Below the pieces are notes generated by a model. It saw nothing but the letters and a program-made list of their open reading frames with translations. It did not search any database and was not told where the DNA came from. This document shows positions 20,839-30,915 of a stretch of DNA of 64,000 nt, in pieces; within the stretch, counting starts at the first letter, position 1, and each line of letters opens with the position of its first letter. The DNA is from Bacillota bacterium (GTDB lineage: Bacteria; Bacillota; Clostridia; Christensenellales; CAG-138). Where the stretch lies: contig JAEYSE010000022.1 in the NCBI GenBank assembly GCA_023435025.1, positions 2,690 through 66,689 on the forward strand, written 5' to 3'. A program made the position numbers and the translations under genes.

Positions 20839-22332
20839 ATGAAAAGCGATACAGTGCTGGAAATTCAAAATCTCGTTAAGGATTATCCCGGCGTTCGCGC
20901 GGTCAACGATGTCACCTTTTCCATCAAGCGAAACACCATACATTGCCTGGTGGGCGAGAACGGCGCGGGAAAATCTACCTTAATTAAAATACTCACCGGT
21001 GCTGTCGCGCGCACCGGCGGCGTTGTGCTGCTAAACGGCAGCGAATACTGTGCCACTAATCCCAAAGAAGCCAAGCAAAAGGGAATCAGCACCCTGTTCC
21101 AGGAACTCAACGTAGTGGATCAGCTGACCGTAGAGGAAAACCTGACGCTGGGCGTGGAAGATACGTCGTTCGGGTTTTTAAAAAAGACCGACAAAATTAA
21201 AAAAATAATCAAAGTGCTTGAAAGCCTGGAGCCTTCCATAGACCCGCACCAGCGCGTTTCCACTTTGAGCGTTGCAAAAAAGCAGATCGTGGAAATTGCC
21301 AAAGCCGTGGCGAGCGAGGCCGATATCATCATTATGGACGAACCTACTGCCGCCATATCGGAGGCCGAGATTAACCGGCTTTTCACAATCATAAGAGGAC
21401 TGCGGGAAAAGAACGTTACCGTTATTTATATATCCCATAGGCTGGATGAGATTTTTGCCCTGGGGGATTATGTCACCGTCATGCGGGATGGCAAACATAT
21501 CGAAACCAAGCCCGTAAGCGAGGTAAAGGACCGAGCGGAACTGATCCGGCTGATGATAGGCAAGACCGTGTTTGAGTCTTATACCCCGCCTGAAACCCGC
21601 GCAGTTGAACCAATATTGGAAATCTCGAATTTGTGCAACCACAAGCTCAAGGATATCACGCTTACGGTGAAGAAAGGCGAGATCGTTGGCTTTTACGGCC
21701 TGGTGGGCGCCGGTAAGACGGAGCTTGCGCGCGCCATATACGGCGCCGACCCGTATTGCGGTGAGATTCGCTTTAAGGGCAAGTCCCTGCAGCTTTCGCC
21801 CAGCAAAGCCATAGAGGCGGGCATCGCGCTGGTGCCGGAGGAACGCCGTTCCCAGGGGTTGTTCACCATATTGACCATTCGCGCCAACGTACCCGTCATG
21901 AACATGAAAAAGATTTCAAAACGCGGCTTTATCGATACCGCAAAGGAAAAGAGGGTTGCGGAGGAATACATGGAGCAGCTCCGCATTGTTTCAAGCGGCA
22001 TCGAAAAAGAAACCGCAAAGCTTTCGGGCGGCAACCAGCAGAAGGTGGTATTCTCCAAATGCCTGTTTGCAGACGCGGATTTGTTGATGTTGGATGAACC
22101 GACCCGCGGCATAGACGTGGGTGCGAAAAGTGAGATATACTCCATCATCCGCCAGCTGTCCCGGGAAGGAAAATCCATACTGATATTCTCCTCCGAACTC
22201 CCGGAAATCATGAACCTCTGTGACAGCATCTACCTGCTCTATGACGGGGAGTTAAAGGCCAGCCTGCAGAACTGCAGCGACATCAATTATGAGGACATCA
22301 TGCATACCGTGACGGGAGGTGAACAGCAGTGA
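20839..22332 (+). CDS. Sugar ABC transporter ATP-binding protein (duplicated ATPase, CUT2 type)
   Basis: Starts MKSDTVLEIQNLVKDYPG. Two nucleotide-binding domains are present: GENGAGKST with IIIMDEPTAA, and GLVGAGKTE with LSGGNQQK and LLMLDEPTRGID. I rejected the tracked 5' extension from 20605 because it overlaps the previous gene. Confidence 0.92.
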   Translation: MKSDTVLEIQNLVKDYPGVRAVNDVTFSIKRNTIHCLVGENGAGKSTLIKILTGAVARTGGVVLLNGSEYCATNPKEAKQKGISTLFQELNVVDQLTVEENLTLGVEDTSFGFLKKTDKIKKIIKVLESLEPSIDPHQRVSTLSVAKKQIVEIAKAVASEADIIIMDEPTAAISEAEINRLFTIIRGLREKNVTVIYISHRLDEIFALGDYVTVMRDGKHIETKPVSEVKDRAELIRLMIGKTVFESYTPPETRAVEPILEISNLCNHKLKDITLTVKKGEIVGFYGLVGAGKTELARAIYGADPYCGEIRFKGKSLQLSPSKAIEAGIALVPEERRSQGLFTILTIRANVPVMNMKKISKRGFIDTAKEKRVAEEYMEQLRIVSSGIEKETAKLSGGNQQKVVFSKCLFADADLLMLDEPTRGIDVGAKSEIYSIIRQLSREGKSILIFSSELPEIMNLCDSIYLLYDGELKASLQNCSDINYEDIMHTVTGGEQQ

Positions 22333-23342
22333 ATAAAAGCAAGACGGGCTTGACCAAAAAAATGAGCAACGACGCCTATATCACGCTGTTCATGGCGTTC
22401 GTGCTCGTGGTGTTGTTTGCCATCGCATGCGCGTTCGTTCCAAACTTCTTTCTCCCGCGCAACATGCTTAACCTCGTCACCAACTACTGGCATGTCATCA
22501 TACTGGGCATAGGCGTCACCTTCCTGCTGATTACCGGAAACTTCGATATGTCGGTCAGCGGCGTTATCGCAATGAGCGGCGTGCTCTCGGTATACTTCTG
22601 CCAGACTGCGGACGCAGCGCTCGCACCTCTTTCCCGCGGGCTGGGTCTCCCCTACGGCATAGCAGTCGTGCTTACCCTTTTATGCGCGCTGCTGATTGGC
22701 GGTATTAACGCGTTCTTTATCGCGAAGCTGAAGGTCGCCTCCATTATCGTCACATTGGGCACCATGTCCGTATCCCGCGGCATCGCACAGATCGCCGCGC
22801 TGGGCGCGCAGCGCAACACCAGCTTGCCCGATGTCTACGGCATAATAGGCAACGGAACGCTGCCGGGCACCCCCATCAAATTACCTGTTCTAATTATGGT
22901 GGTATTGGTGGCCATCGCAGTCGTTATAGAGAAAAAGTACGTATTCGGCCGGCGCACATACCTGATCGGCGCGAACATGGAGGCCGCGCGGCTCTCCGGT
23001 GTTAAGGTCGTAAAACACCTGACGCTTCTCTATCTCGCCAGCGCGTTTCTGGCGGGCGTCACGGGGCTCCTTATGGCGTCCGAATATAAGGCGGGGCTAA
23101 GTAACCGCGCTATCGGCTATGAGTTTGATGCGCTTGTCATCGCCCTGTTAGGCGGCACAAGCATATCAGGCGGGTTCGGTTCGGTACTGGGTACGGTGAT
23201 CGGCGCGCTGATACTTTCAGTGGTCACGTCCGCGGCCACAGGGCTTCTGCTTTCGCCCGACTGGCAGTTCTTTATCAAGGGCGTGGTGACATTCCTGGCC
23301 ATTCTTGCGCAGGGCATTGCCCTAAACAGGAGAAAGGGGTAA
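22329..23342 (+). CDS. Sugar ABC transporter permease
   Basis: 337 aa polytopic protein of RbsC/AraH-like pattern. GTGA start/stop overlap with the ATPase gene. Confidence 0.9.
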   Translation: MNKSKTGLTKKMSNDAYITLFMAFVLVVLFAIACAFVPNFFLPRNMLNLVTNYWHVIILGIGVTFLLITGNFDMSVSGVIAMSGVLSVYFCQTADAALAPLSRGLGLPYGIAVVLTLLCALLIGGINAFFIAKLKVASIIVTLGTMSVSRGIAQIAALGAQRNTSLPDVYGIIGNGTLPGTPIKLPVLIMVVLVAIAVVIEKKYVFGRRTYLIGANMEAARLSGVKVVKHLTLLYLASAFLAGVTGLLMASEYKAGLSNRAIGYEFDALVIALLGGTSISGGFGSVLGTVIGALILSVVTSAATGLLLSPDWQFFIKGVVTFLAILAQGIALNRRKG

Positions 23343-23347
23343 GACTT

Positions 23348-24376
23348 ATGGCAAGAAACCTGAACTGTTCCGCCCCGCGGCGTCAAACGGACTGGAAAGC
23401 GGTATTCAAAAACGTCTACATCTACGTCGTGCTGTTTTGCATCGTTACCATATTCTCGGTAATGAAGCTGGATGAAGTATCCTTCTTCGGCCGCGGCCAC
23501 TTCCTGGGCAAAGACAGCCTCATTCACCTGATGCGCATGTCCGTACCCATCATGACTCTGAGCGGCGGGTTTACGCTGCTGATGATTTCGGGTCACATGG
23601 ATCTTTCCGTGGGAAGCGCGATGAGCTTAAGCTCCGTCGTATTTGCCTGGCTGGTATTAAACGGCGTATCCCTGCCGCTTGCCATGCTGGTCACCGTCGC
23701 CCTGGGCGTAGTGCTCGGCCTGATCAACGGATATCTGGTGATGAAGCTCCGCATTACGCCGGTTATCGCCACGCTGGTCACGCTCAACATATTCAAGGGC
23801 GTGGCACTGCTGATCGTTCCGGACGGTATCTCCGGCATCAAAAGCACGGATACGCAGACAATGCCCGCATTTATCAGCGATTATGCGCGAAAGCCGCTGC
23901 TGTTGGGGCTACCCGCCGCGTTCTATGTAGCGGTGGCGCTCATTCTCATACTGGTTATCGTCCAGCGCAGGACCATACTTGGTAAGTACGCCGCGGCCAT
24001 CGGCGGTAACCGCACTGCGGCGGAGCTTTCAGGCATCAACGCGGTGAAGATCGGGTGGATACTCTACGTTATTGTGGGCGTACTGGCGGCGTTCGCCGGG
24101 TTTGCGCGGGCAAGCTACATGTCTTTGGGCGACCCACTTTCGGGCGACGGTATGGAAACGGACCTGATTATTGCGGTGCTTTTAGGAGGCACAGCGTTCT
24201 CGGGCGGGGAGGGCTCGGTGGCAAAGACAATCGTCGGAGCGCTGATTATCATGTGCATGACGACCGGGCTTATGACGGTAATAGAGCCGTTTTACCAGAT
24301 GTTCTTTAAGGGCGCGGTGTTGATACTTGCGGTCACGCTCAACCATCTCCTGGTGCGGCAAAAGGTCTGCGCCTAG
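23348..24376 (+). CDS. Sugar ABC transporter permease (second subunit)
   Basis: 342 aa polytopic protein, paralogous in pattern to the preceding permease (…GGNRTAAELSGINV…). Confidence 0.9.
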   Translation: MARNLNCSAPRRQTDWKAVFKNVYIYVVLFCIVTIFSVMKLDEVSFFGRGHFLGKDSLIHLMRMSVPIMTLSGGFTLLMISGHMDLSVGSAMSLSSVVFAWLVLNGVSLPLAMLVTVALGVVLGLINGYLVMKLRITPVIATLVTLNIFKGVALLIVPDGISGIKSTDTQTMPAFISDYARKPLLLGLPAAFYVAVALILILVIVQRRTILGKYAAAIGGNRTAAELSGINAVKIGWILYVIVGVLAAFAGFARASYMSLGDPLSGDGMETDLIIAVLLGGTAFSGGEGSVAKTIVGALIIMCMTTGLMTVIEPFYQMFFKGAVLILAVTLNHLLVRQKVCA

Positions 24377-24425
24377 CGCATAGGAAAAGAAATCTCTAAA
24401 GTTCTTGATTGAATGGAGTATTTTT

Positions 24426-25280
24426 GTGGATGCGGTGAATTTATTCGGTCTGTATGAAAAGGCGCTTCCCGCATACTTAAGCTGGGAGGAAAAGCTCTCC
24501 TTCGCAAAATATGCCGGATACGATTTCGTAGAGATGAGCACAGATGAATCGGACGAACGGCTGGAACGCCTGTACCGCAAGGAGGCGCAGGATGAACTGA
24601 TCAGCGCCATACAGAAAACGGGCGTTCCCGTGCTGACCATGTGCTTGAGCGGGAACCGACGCTACCCCATAGGCAGCCGGGAAAAGAATATTCGTGAAAC
24701 TGGCGTGGACCTTATAAAACGCGCCATCAATCTCTCCGTGGCGGTTGGCATACGGGTAATCCAGCTTGCGGGGTATGACGAATATTACAACGAATCGGAC
24801 GAAAGCACGCGCGCTTTCTTTGCCGAATCTCTTCGGGACTGCGTTGACTCCGCCGCGCGCTACGGCGTAATGCTGGCGATTGAAACCATGGATACGGAGC
24901 TGATGGGCTCTATATCCAATATCATGTCCTACATCAAAGAGATCGGGTCCCCCTGGCTGAGCGTGTACCCGGATATCGGCAACCTTTCCTCCCGCAAGGT
25001 GGATATCGAAGCCGATTTTAAGGCCGGCTGCGGGCATATCGCCGCCATACACCTGAAAGACACGCGGGAAAACGAGTTCCGGCGCGTGGGGTTCGGGGAA
25101 GGTATTGTGGATTTTACAGGCTTCTTCCGGCTGATCAAAGCCATTGGTTACAAAGGCCCGTTCGTGGTGGAGATGTGGTCGGACGACAATTTAAACTCCA
25201 TACCCGACGTCAAGCGGGCAAGGGAATTCCTTTTGAGCAAGCAGGCAGAGGCCGCGCTCGCTGAGGCGCAGGAAGCATAA
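24426..25280 (+). CDS. L-ribulose-5-phosphate / L-xylulose-5-phosphate 3-epimerase-like TIM-barrel enzyme (UlaE/SgbU family)
   Basis: LFGLYEKALPAYLSWEEKLSFAKYAGYDFVEMSTDESDERLERL...MCLSGNRRYPIGS closely parallels my recollection of E. coli UlaE/SgbU (PLGIYEKALP...FVEMSVDETDERLSRL...MCLSAHRRFPLGS). I chose the GTG start at 24426, which has GGAG 7 nt upstream. The tracked ORF begins at TTG 24405. Confidence 0.82.
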   Translation: MDAVNLFGLYEKALPAYLSWEEKLSFAKYAGYDFVEMSTDESDERLERLYRKEAQDELISAIQKTGVPVLTMCLSGNRRYPIGSREKNIRETGVDLIKRAINLSVAVGIRVIQLAGYDEYYNESDESTRAFFAESLRDCVDSAARYGVMLAIETMDTELMGSISNIMSYIKEIGSPWLSVYPDIGNLSSRKVDIEADFKAGCGHIAAIHLKDTRENEFRRVGFGEGIVDFTGFFRLIKAIGYKGPFVVEMWSDDNLNSIPDVKRAREFLLSKQAEAALAEAQEA

Positions 25281-25314
25281 TCAAATATTTAGAAAAGAAA
25301 GCGAGGATCTGGGC

Positions 25315-26475
25315 ATGTTGGAATTTGAGAATAACGTACCGGTTCATGTGGTATTTGGGTTAAAGAAACTTGAAACGATCGGCGTGCACGTAAAAGCGCA
25401 CGGCAGAAAGGCGCTCATCGTAACCACAGGCAACTTCTTTGAGAAAAACGGCCTGGTGGGCAGAATTCAGGGCTATCTAAGCGCCGAAGGCATACAGAGC
25501 GAGTATTTCTACGATGTCTCGCCCAACCCCCACCTCCATGAAGCGCTTGCGGGCGCAGAATTCGCCAAGAAGACCGGCTGCGACCTCGTCATCGGCCTGG
25601 GCGGCGGCAGCGCCATAGACGGAGCCAAATGTATCGCCGTGGCCGTAGCGCAAGGCGGCGAAGACATATGGGACTACTGGATGGGCAAAAAGACCATATA
25701 CGCGGCGCTGCCCATTATCGCCGTAACCACCACTTCCGGCACGGGCAGCCACATCTCCCCGTACTCGGTCATCACCAATACGGAAACCGGCGAAAAGCCC
25801 GGCGCGGGTTCTCCGCTGCTTCACGCGAAAGTCGCCATCGTGGACCCGGAGCTGATGATATCGCTGCCTAAGAAAATGACAGCTTCCACAGGCTATGACG
25901 TACTCGCCCACGCGATCGAGGCCTATACCAGTAAATCTGCAACGCCGTTCTCGGACCTCTACTGCGAGAAATCCATCAAGCTGGTGGGCAAATACCTGCG
26001 CCGCGTCGTAAACGATGGCAGCGACGTTGAAGCCCGCGTGATGATGGCGCTGGCGGATACGTTCTCCGGCTACGGCATCAGCATCGCCGTTATCACCATG
26101 TGCCACGCCATGGCGCACGCGGTAGGCGGCGTGTGCAACACCGTGCACGGCGAAAGCCTTGCCGCCATGACCCCCGCGGCCATGCGGCACAGCATGAATA
26201 AGAGCCCGGAAAAGTACAAAAACATCGGCGCGTGGCTAGAAGGCTATGACGTAGTACCCGCGGATTGGACCACCGAAAATACTGTGCAGGCCGTGGAAGC
26301 AGTCATCCGCGATATCGGTATGTACGCTCCGCTTTCCACGCAGGGCGTAAAGCGCGAGGACTTTGACAAGATCATAGAAGGCACTATCGGCTACATGGCT
26401 GGCGGCTGCGAGATTGACCCCGCGGCACCGATTTCCGCCGACGATGTGCGCAAGGTTCTCGAGGCTGCCTTTTAA
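25315..26475 (+). CDS. Iron-containing (group III) alcohol dehydrogenase
   Basis: 386 aa. GLGGGSAIDGAKCIA and the metal-His region (YDVLAHAIEAY, CHAMAHAVGG) are typical of the Fe-ADH family (PduQ/EutG/FucO relatives). No N-terminal extension. Confidence 0.9.
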   Translation: MLEFENNVPVHVVFGLKKLETIGVHVKAHGRKALIVTTGNFFEKNGLVGRIQGYLSAEGIQSEYFYDVSPNPHLHEALAGAEFAKKTGCDLVIGLGGGSAIDGAKCIAVAVAQGGEDIWDYWMGKKTIYAALPIIAVTTTSGTGSHISPYSVITNTETGEKPGAGSPLLHAKVAIVDPELMISLPKKMTASTGYDVLAHAIEAYTSKSATPFSDLYCEKSIKLVGKYLRRVVNDGSDVEARVMMALADTFSGYGISIAVITMCHAMAHAVGGVCNTVHGESLAAMTPAAMRHSMNKSPEKYKNIGAWLEGYDVVPADWTTENTVQAVEAVIRDIGMYAPLSTQGVKREDFDKIIEGTIGYMAGGCEIDPAAPISADDVRKVLEAAF

Positions 26476-26487
26476 GGAGGCGGGCAT

Positions 26488-27003
26488 ATGCGGACGATCG
26501 GATATAAAAAGCTTACGAGGGACGCGTTCGCGCCCTATGGTACGTATGCAAGCATACTCAACCCGGAGGGCTGCCGCTTCGGCGAACCTCCGGTAGAGTT
26601 CTACCGCGATATGGCGCAGCAAACTCTGGGCGCAGGCGTCGGCATGGTATCCTATTCCTGCTGCGTGGTGCGCCAGAGGCCCGATTGGGTGCTGGAAAAC
26701 GCGGAATACCACAACCACACCTGCGAGGCCATACTCTGTCTGGACGGCGATTACCTGATGCATGTCGCCCCCGCCTGCCAGGAGCATGAGGAGCCGTGGG
26801 ACAATATTGAGGTGTTTTTGATTCCCAAGGGTACTTTGGTGGTCACAAGGCCCGGCGTTTGGCATCAGGCAGGATTTCCTTACGGCTGCGGCGAAGTACA
26901 TATACTGTGCGCGCTGCCCGAACGCGCGTACGCCAACGATTGCATCTGCAAAACCATACCGGCTGATAAGCGCATCCAAGTGCTGGATGCGATGATGGAA
27001 TAA
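26488..27003 (+). CDS. Ureidoglycolate-lyase (AllA)-family cupin-like protein, function unknown here
   Basis: 171 aa. The N-terminal LTRDAFAPYGTY and the later GVWHQ resemble the AllA pattern (L..EAF..YG ... VWH). The assignment is by pattern only. Confidence 0.55.
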   Translation: MRTIGYKKLTRDAFAPYGTYASILNPEGCRFGEPPVEFYRDMAQQTLGAGVGMVSYSCCVVRQRPDWVLENAEYHNHTCEAILCLDGDYLMHVAPACQEHEEPWDNIEVFLIPKGTLVVTRPGVWHQAGFPYGCGEVHILCALPERAYANDCICKTIPADKRIQVLDAMME

Positions 27004-27060
27004 AAACGCGCCCGTTCCTCCCGATGGCGTGGCGCGGGCAGGAATCAGAAAGGAGCGGGC

Positions 27061-28569
27061 ATGGGCAAACGGTATGTTCTGGGGCTTGACAATGGCGGGA
27101 CGGTAATAAAAGCCGCGCTGTATGACGAAAACGGCGGCGCTTTAAGCTGCGCGCGCATCGGCGTTGACAGCATATTGGGCGAAAACGGCGAAGTCGAACG
27201 GGATATGGATACGCTCTGGGCGGCGAACTGCGCAGTCCTGCGCGAGACCATAGAAAAATCCAACGTTGATCCCCGTCAAATCGCAGGCGTATCCCTTTCC
27301 GGCCACGGCAACGGGCTGTACCTGGTGGATGAGGACTTACACCCCGTAAGGCTAGGCGTCTATTCCACCGATGCCCGTGCGGCGGCGTTTGTAAAGAAGC
27401 TTCAGCAAACGGGCGCAAGCCGCATCATGTTTGAAAAGACCATGTCGGCAGCCTACCCCGGCCAACCGGGACCGCTTTTAAACCATTTGCTGCAGTATGA
27501 ACCGGAAGCCATCAGAAAAGCAAAATGGGCGCTTGGCTGCAACGATTTTATCCGGCTCCGCCTTACAGGAGAGGCCTTCGGAGAAATTTCCGGTGCGTCG
27601 GCCGCGGGCATATTGAACCAAAAAACCCGCGGGTACGATCCTTTCCTGCTCGAAACGATGGGGATAGCAGGCTGCGGGAGGCTTTTCCCTCCCCTCTCCC
27701 CCTCCTTCGGGCTGTGTGGCGTGGTTTCCCGAAAAGCTTCGCAGGAAACCGGGCTTGCGGAGGGTACCCCTGTCGCTGGCGGCATGATAGACCTTACCGC
27801 CTGCGCCATCGCCATGGGCATGACGGATAAAAAAAGGCTCGCGCTGATTGCGGGCACATGGAGTATCAACGAGTATCTCGCGAATATCCCCCCCGTCGCG
27901 CCGGAGCTGCTGCTTTCATCGGTATATTGCATAGACGGCTACTACCTGGTGACGGATGGCAGCACGGCTTCTGCGGGCAACCTCGAATGGTTCGTGCAGG
28001 GCTTTTTGTCCTCCGAACGGGCGCAGATGCAGGCGGAGGGAAAGACAGTATATGACGCCGCAAATCATATGGTCGCTTCCATAATACATGAGGAGAGCAG
28101 CATACTCTTCCTGCCATTTTTATATGGTTCCAACGTGGACGCGGACGTCAAGGCCTGTTTCCTTGGCATCACCGGCAGGCACACAAAGGCCCATATGCTC
28201 CGCGCCATATACGAGGGCGTTGTATTCTCCCACAAAACGCATGTGGAACGGCTTTTAAAATACCGCGATCGGCCGGAAGCCGTACGCATCGCGGGAGGGG
28301 CCGCAAGATCCCGCGTATGGGTACAGATGTTTGCGGATGCGTTGGGTCTGCCGGTTGAGGTATCGGCGGGAGAGGAATTGGGCACCATGGGCGCTGCGAT
28401 GTGCGCGGGCGTGGCGACGGGGGTGTTCCCCTCGTTCCTTGAGGCAGCGAACCGATTCTCCAATGTCGCTTATATTGTGGAGCCCGACCTGAAAAGCAAA
28501 GAACGATACGCGCAGAAATACATGCTGTATCATAAGGCAATCGAACGGCTTTCGCAATTATGGATGTAA
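27061..28569 (+). CDS. FGGY-family carbohydrate kinase (xylulokinase / L-xylulose kinase-like)
   Basis: 502 aa. VLGLDNGGTVIKAALYD (the N-terminal ATPase motif), a GTWS-type block (IAGTWSINEY) and a C-terminal GGAARSRVWVQMFADALG block are typical of FGGY kinases. Confidence 0.9.
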   Translation: MGKRYVLGLDNGGTVIKAALYDENGGALSCARIGVDSILGENGEVERDMDTLWAANCAVLRETIEKSNVDPRQIAGVSLSGHGNGLYLVDEDLHPVRLGVYSTDARAAAFVKKLQQTGASRIMFEKTMSAAYPGQPGPLLNHLLQYEPEAIRKAKWALGCNDFIRLRLTGEAFGEISGASAAGILNQKTRGYDPFLLETMGIAGCGRLFPPLSPSFGLCGVVSRKASQETGLAEGTPVAGGMIDLTACAIAMGMTDKKRLALIAGTWSINEYLANIPPVAPELLLSSVYCIDGYYLVTDGSTASAGNLEWFVQGFLSSERAQMQAEGKTVYDAANHMVASIIHEESSILFLPFLYGSNVDADVKACFLGITGRHTKAHMLRAIYEGVVFSHKTHVERLLKYRDRPEAVRIAGGAARSRVWVQMFADALGLPVEVSAGEELGTMGAAMCAGVATGVFPSFLEAANRFSNVAYIVEPDLKSKERYAQKYMLYHKAIERLSQLWM

Positions 28570-28578
28570 ATGCAAAAT

Positions 28579-28610
28579 GTCCGCCACTCTTTGATGAATG
28601 GCGGGCGTTT
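28579..28610 (+). terminator. Terminator candidate after the kinase gene
   Basis: GTCCGCCA-N12-TGGCGGGC, an 8-bp stem that includes one G:U pair, followed by GTTTCCTTCTCC. The T-tract is weak. Confidence 0.4.
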
Positions 28611-28660
28611 CCTTCTCCTTATACTTTTCAATGCGTTTTGACTTTTGTTATGAAATATTC

Positions 28661-28690
28661 TTGACATACAAATCCCGGCAGGGCTAAGAT
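28661..28690 (+). promoter_or_regulatory. Promoter candidate for the first SorC regulator
   Basis: TTGACA (28661-28666), an 18-nt spacer, then TAAGAT (28685-28690). It lies about 40 nt upstream of the 28732 start. Confidence 0.4.
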
Positions 28691-28731
28691 GAAAGATGCA
28701 TGGGATTTCCAATAACTTTTGAGGTGGCTCG

Positions 28732-29688
28732 ATGGATACAAGGCATGACATACACATACTGGTGCAGGCCGCACAGATGTATTATATGGATGGACTGACA
28801 CAGGAAAAGATCGCGCAGCAGCTGGGTATATCGCGCTCGGCTGTTTCTATGATACTCACCGAAGCGCGGGAGTTCGGAATTGTCGATATTAAAATCAAGA
28901 ACCCGCAGATCAACAACGACGAACTCTCACAGAAAATGATAGAGCGGTTTCAACTAAAAAAATGCTTCGTCATACCTGTTAACGCCAAGCTTCAGCGGAT
29001 ATTGACAAGAATCGTGGCTACCCAGGGCGCGGCAATTGCAGAAAAAGAGATCCGCAGCCACTCCTCTCTGGGAGTCGCGTGGGGTACCACCTGTTATGAG
29101 TTCATGTCCGCCTTTCGCAACACGGAGAATTTGTTCGACGTGCATGTACTGCCGTTGATTGGCGGCACCAACCGCATCGCTTCGGAATACCAGCTCAATG
29201 AAATGGTGCGCATCATGGCCGAAAAGCTGCAGGGGCTCCCCTCTTTTATGTACGCCCCTGCGCTTGCCGAAACCATAGAAGAAAGGGACCTGCATATGAA
29301 AAGCGCATACATGCAGCCCCTGATTGAAAAATGGAATACGCTGGACGTTGCGCTCATCAGCGTGGGCGCACCGCCGGATTATTATAGCAGCAAGCCGCAG
29401 TTCGAGCCGGAGGTTGCCAAACAGCGTTTTGAATCCGATCCTACGCTGGCCGTGGGGGACTTTTGCGCGCGCCGCTTCAACATACACGGCGAGTTCCTGA
29501 ACAACCAGTATAACCGCCGTATCATAGGAATAAGCGAGCAGGAGCTTCGCAACGCGGGCAATGTCATCTGCATGGCGGCTGGGGACCATAAGGTATTGTC
29601 CATATTGGGCGCGCTGCGCGCTGACGTGATCGACATCCTCATCACGGATGAAAATACCGCCGAGCGCGTGATGCGCATCGCGGACTGA
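28732..29688 (+). CDS. SorC/DeoR-type sugar-binding transcriptional regulator (paralog 1)
   Basis: 318 aa. N-terminal HTH (AAQMYYMDGLTQEKIAQQLGISRSAVSMILTEAREFGIV), then a sugar-phosphate-binding domain with GVAWGTT and PLIGG motifs as in B. subtilis DeoR/CggR and SorC. Confidence 0.85.
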   Translation: MDTRHDIHILVQAAQMYYMDGLTQEKIAQQLGISRSAVSMILTEAREFGIVDIKIKNPQINNDELSQKMIERFQLKKCFVIPVNAKLQRILTRIVATQGAAIAEKEIRSHSSLGVAWGTTCYEFMSAFRNTENLFDVHVLPLIGGTNRIASEYQLNEMVRIMAEKLQGLPSFMYAPALAETIEERDLHMKSAYMQPLIEKWNTLDVALISVGAPPDYYSSKPQFEPEVAKQRFESDPTLAVGDFCARRFNIHGEFLNNQYNRRIIGISEQELRNAGNVICMAAGDHKVLSILGALRADVIDILITDENTAERVMRIAD

Positions 29689-29705
29689 TTTCTGTTTTCG
29701 CATAC

Positions 29706-29727
29706 GCCCGGCGGACCGGGCTTTTTT
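29706..29727 (+). terminator. Rho-independent terminator after SorC paralog 1
   Basis: GCCCGG-CGGA-CCGGGC followed by TTTTTT. Confidence 0.7.
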
Positions 29728-29739
29728 ACCGCCGTTGAG

Positions 29740-29755
29740 ATGAACGGTTGTTCAT
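29740..29755. promoter_or_regulatory. Palindromic operator candidate aTGAACggttGTTCAt upstream of SorC paralog 2
   Basis: Perfect 6+6 inverted repeat. The same TGAAC-N4-GTTCA architecture recurs at 30972-30985, and a degenerate copy lies at 19487-19500. Confidence 0.35.
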
Positions 29756-29813
29756 TGCATCCAGGGAATGTGAAAGTAAGTGACGGACAGTATCGGTAAG
29801 TGGAAGGTGCAAA

Positions 29814-30755
29814 ATGGACGAGAGAAGGGACACAAAAATCCTGGTGGCTAAGCTCTACTACACGCAAGGGCTTTCGCAAGAGGAGATCGCAAAGCAGATT
29901 CACCTGTCCCGGCCCACCGTATCGCGGTTGTTAAAAGCCTGTATCGAGGAAGGCATCGTGCAAATCAAAATTGACGATATCTCTTCCCTGGGGCAGGAAC
30001 TTGCAAAGCGCCTTGCGGATACCTACGGCATAAAAAAAGCGATCGTGGTGCCGTCCAGCTCCAGCGCGGAGGCGGATAAGGAACGTGTCGGCCGTGCGGC
30101 GGCAGGATACCTGCAGGAAATACTGCTTCCCAAAATGCTCATAGGTATCTCCTGGGGCTCCACCATACATGCCGTGGTACAGCACCTCGATCCCCCCAGC
30201 TTTATGAAGGCCGACGTCATTCAGCTTCTGGGCGGCACAGGCAGCAAGACAGGCGATACGGATGCAAACTCCATGGCGCTCTCCCTCGCGCGCGCCCTCA
30301 ACGGTGACGCGTATCTTCTGCAAGCGCCATTTATGGTGCAAAGCAAAATACTGCGGGACCTTTTAATGGAAGAACCGCATATCAAGACGCATTTTGAAAA
30401 GCTCAAGCACACGGATATCGCAATCGTCGGGCTGGGCTCCACGAAACCGGCGCTTTCTGCGCAGTTCCGTTCCGGCCATATCAATATGGCGGATTCCGAG
30501 CGGCTGATCGCAGAAGGCGCGGTCGGGGATATCTGCGGAAGGTATGTGGACATCAATGGCCTAAGTTGCCATACGCTATTGAGCGACAAAATGATCGCGG
30601 TAACACTGGACGCGCTCAAACGCATCCCTACGGTTATAGGCGTAGCAGCTGGCGAACAGAAGGCGGATATCATCGTGGGCGCTTTGCGCGGCAGGTATAT
30701 AGACGTGCTGGTTACCGATGAAAAGGCGGCTGTCGGCGTGCTCGGGTACAGATGA
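29814..30755 (+). CDS. SorC/DeoR-type sugar-binding transcriptional regulator (paralog 2)
   Basis: 313 aa. HTH (VAKLYYTQGLSQEEIAKQIHLSRPTVSRLLKACIEEGIV), then GISWGST and QLLGG motifs. Confidence 0.85.
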   Translation: MDERRDTKILVAKLYYTQGLSQEEIAKQIHLSRPTVSRLLKACIEEGIVQIKIDDISSLGQELAKRLADTYGIKKAIVVPSSSSAEADKERVGRAAAGYLQEILLPKMLIGISWGSTIHAVVQHLDPPSFMKADVIQLLGGTGSKTGDTDANSMALSLARALNGDAYLLQAPFMVQSKILRDLLMEEPHIKTHFEKLKHTDIAIVGLGSTKPALSAQFRSGHINMADSERLIAEGAVGDICGRYVDINGLSCHTLLSDKMIAVTLDALKRIPTVIGVAAGEQKADIIVGALRGRYIDVLVTDEKAAVGVLGYR

Positions 30756-30915
30756 GCAAGCGCTTAACGTCCAAAGTATCGGCGTTAAAAATCGCTCCGT
30801 CTTCGCCAAAGACCTCGGACACTACCCTTTCCTAAGAGCGCCCGCAGCGAAGGTGCAGCAGAACACCCCTAGGTAGCAATGCTTAAACAAAACACATAAT
30901 GTCCTTTTAACACAC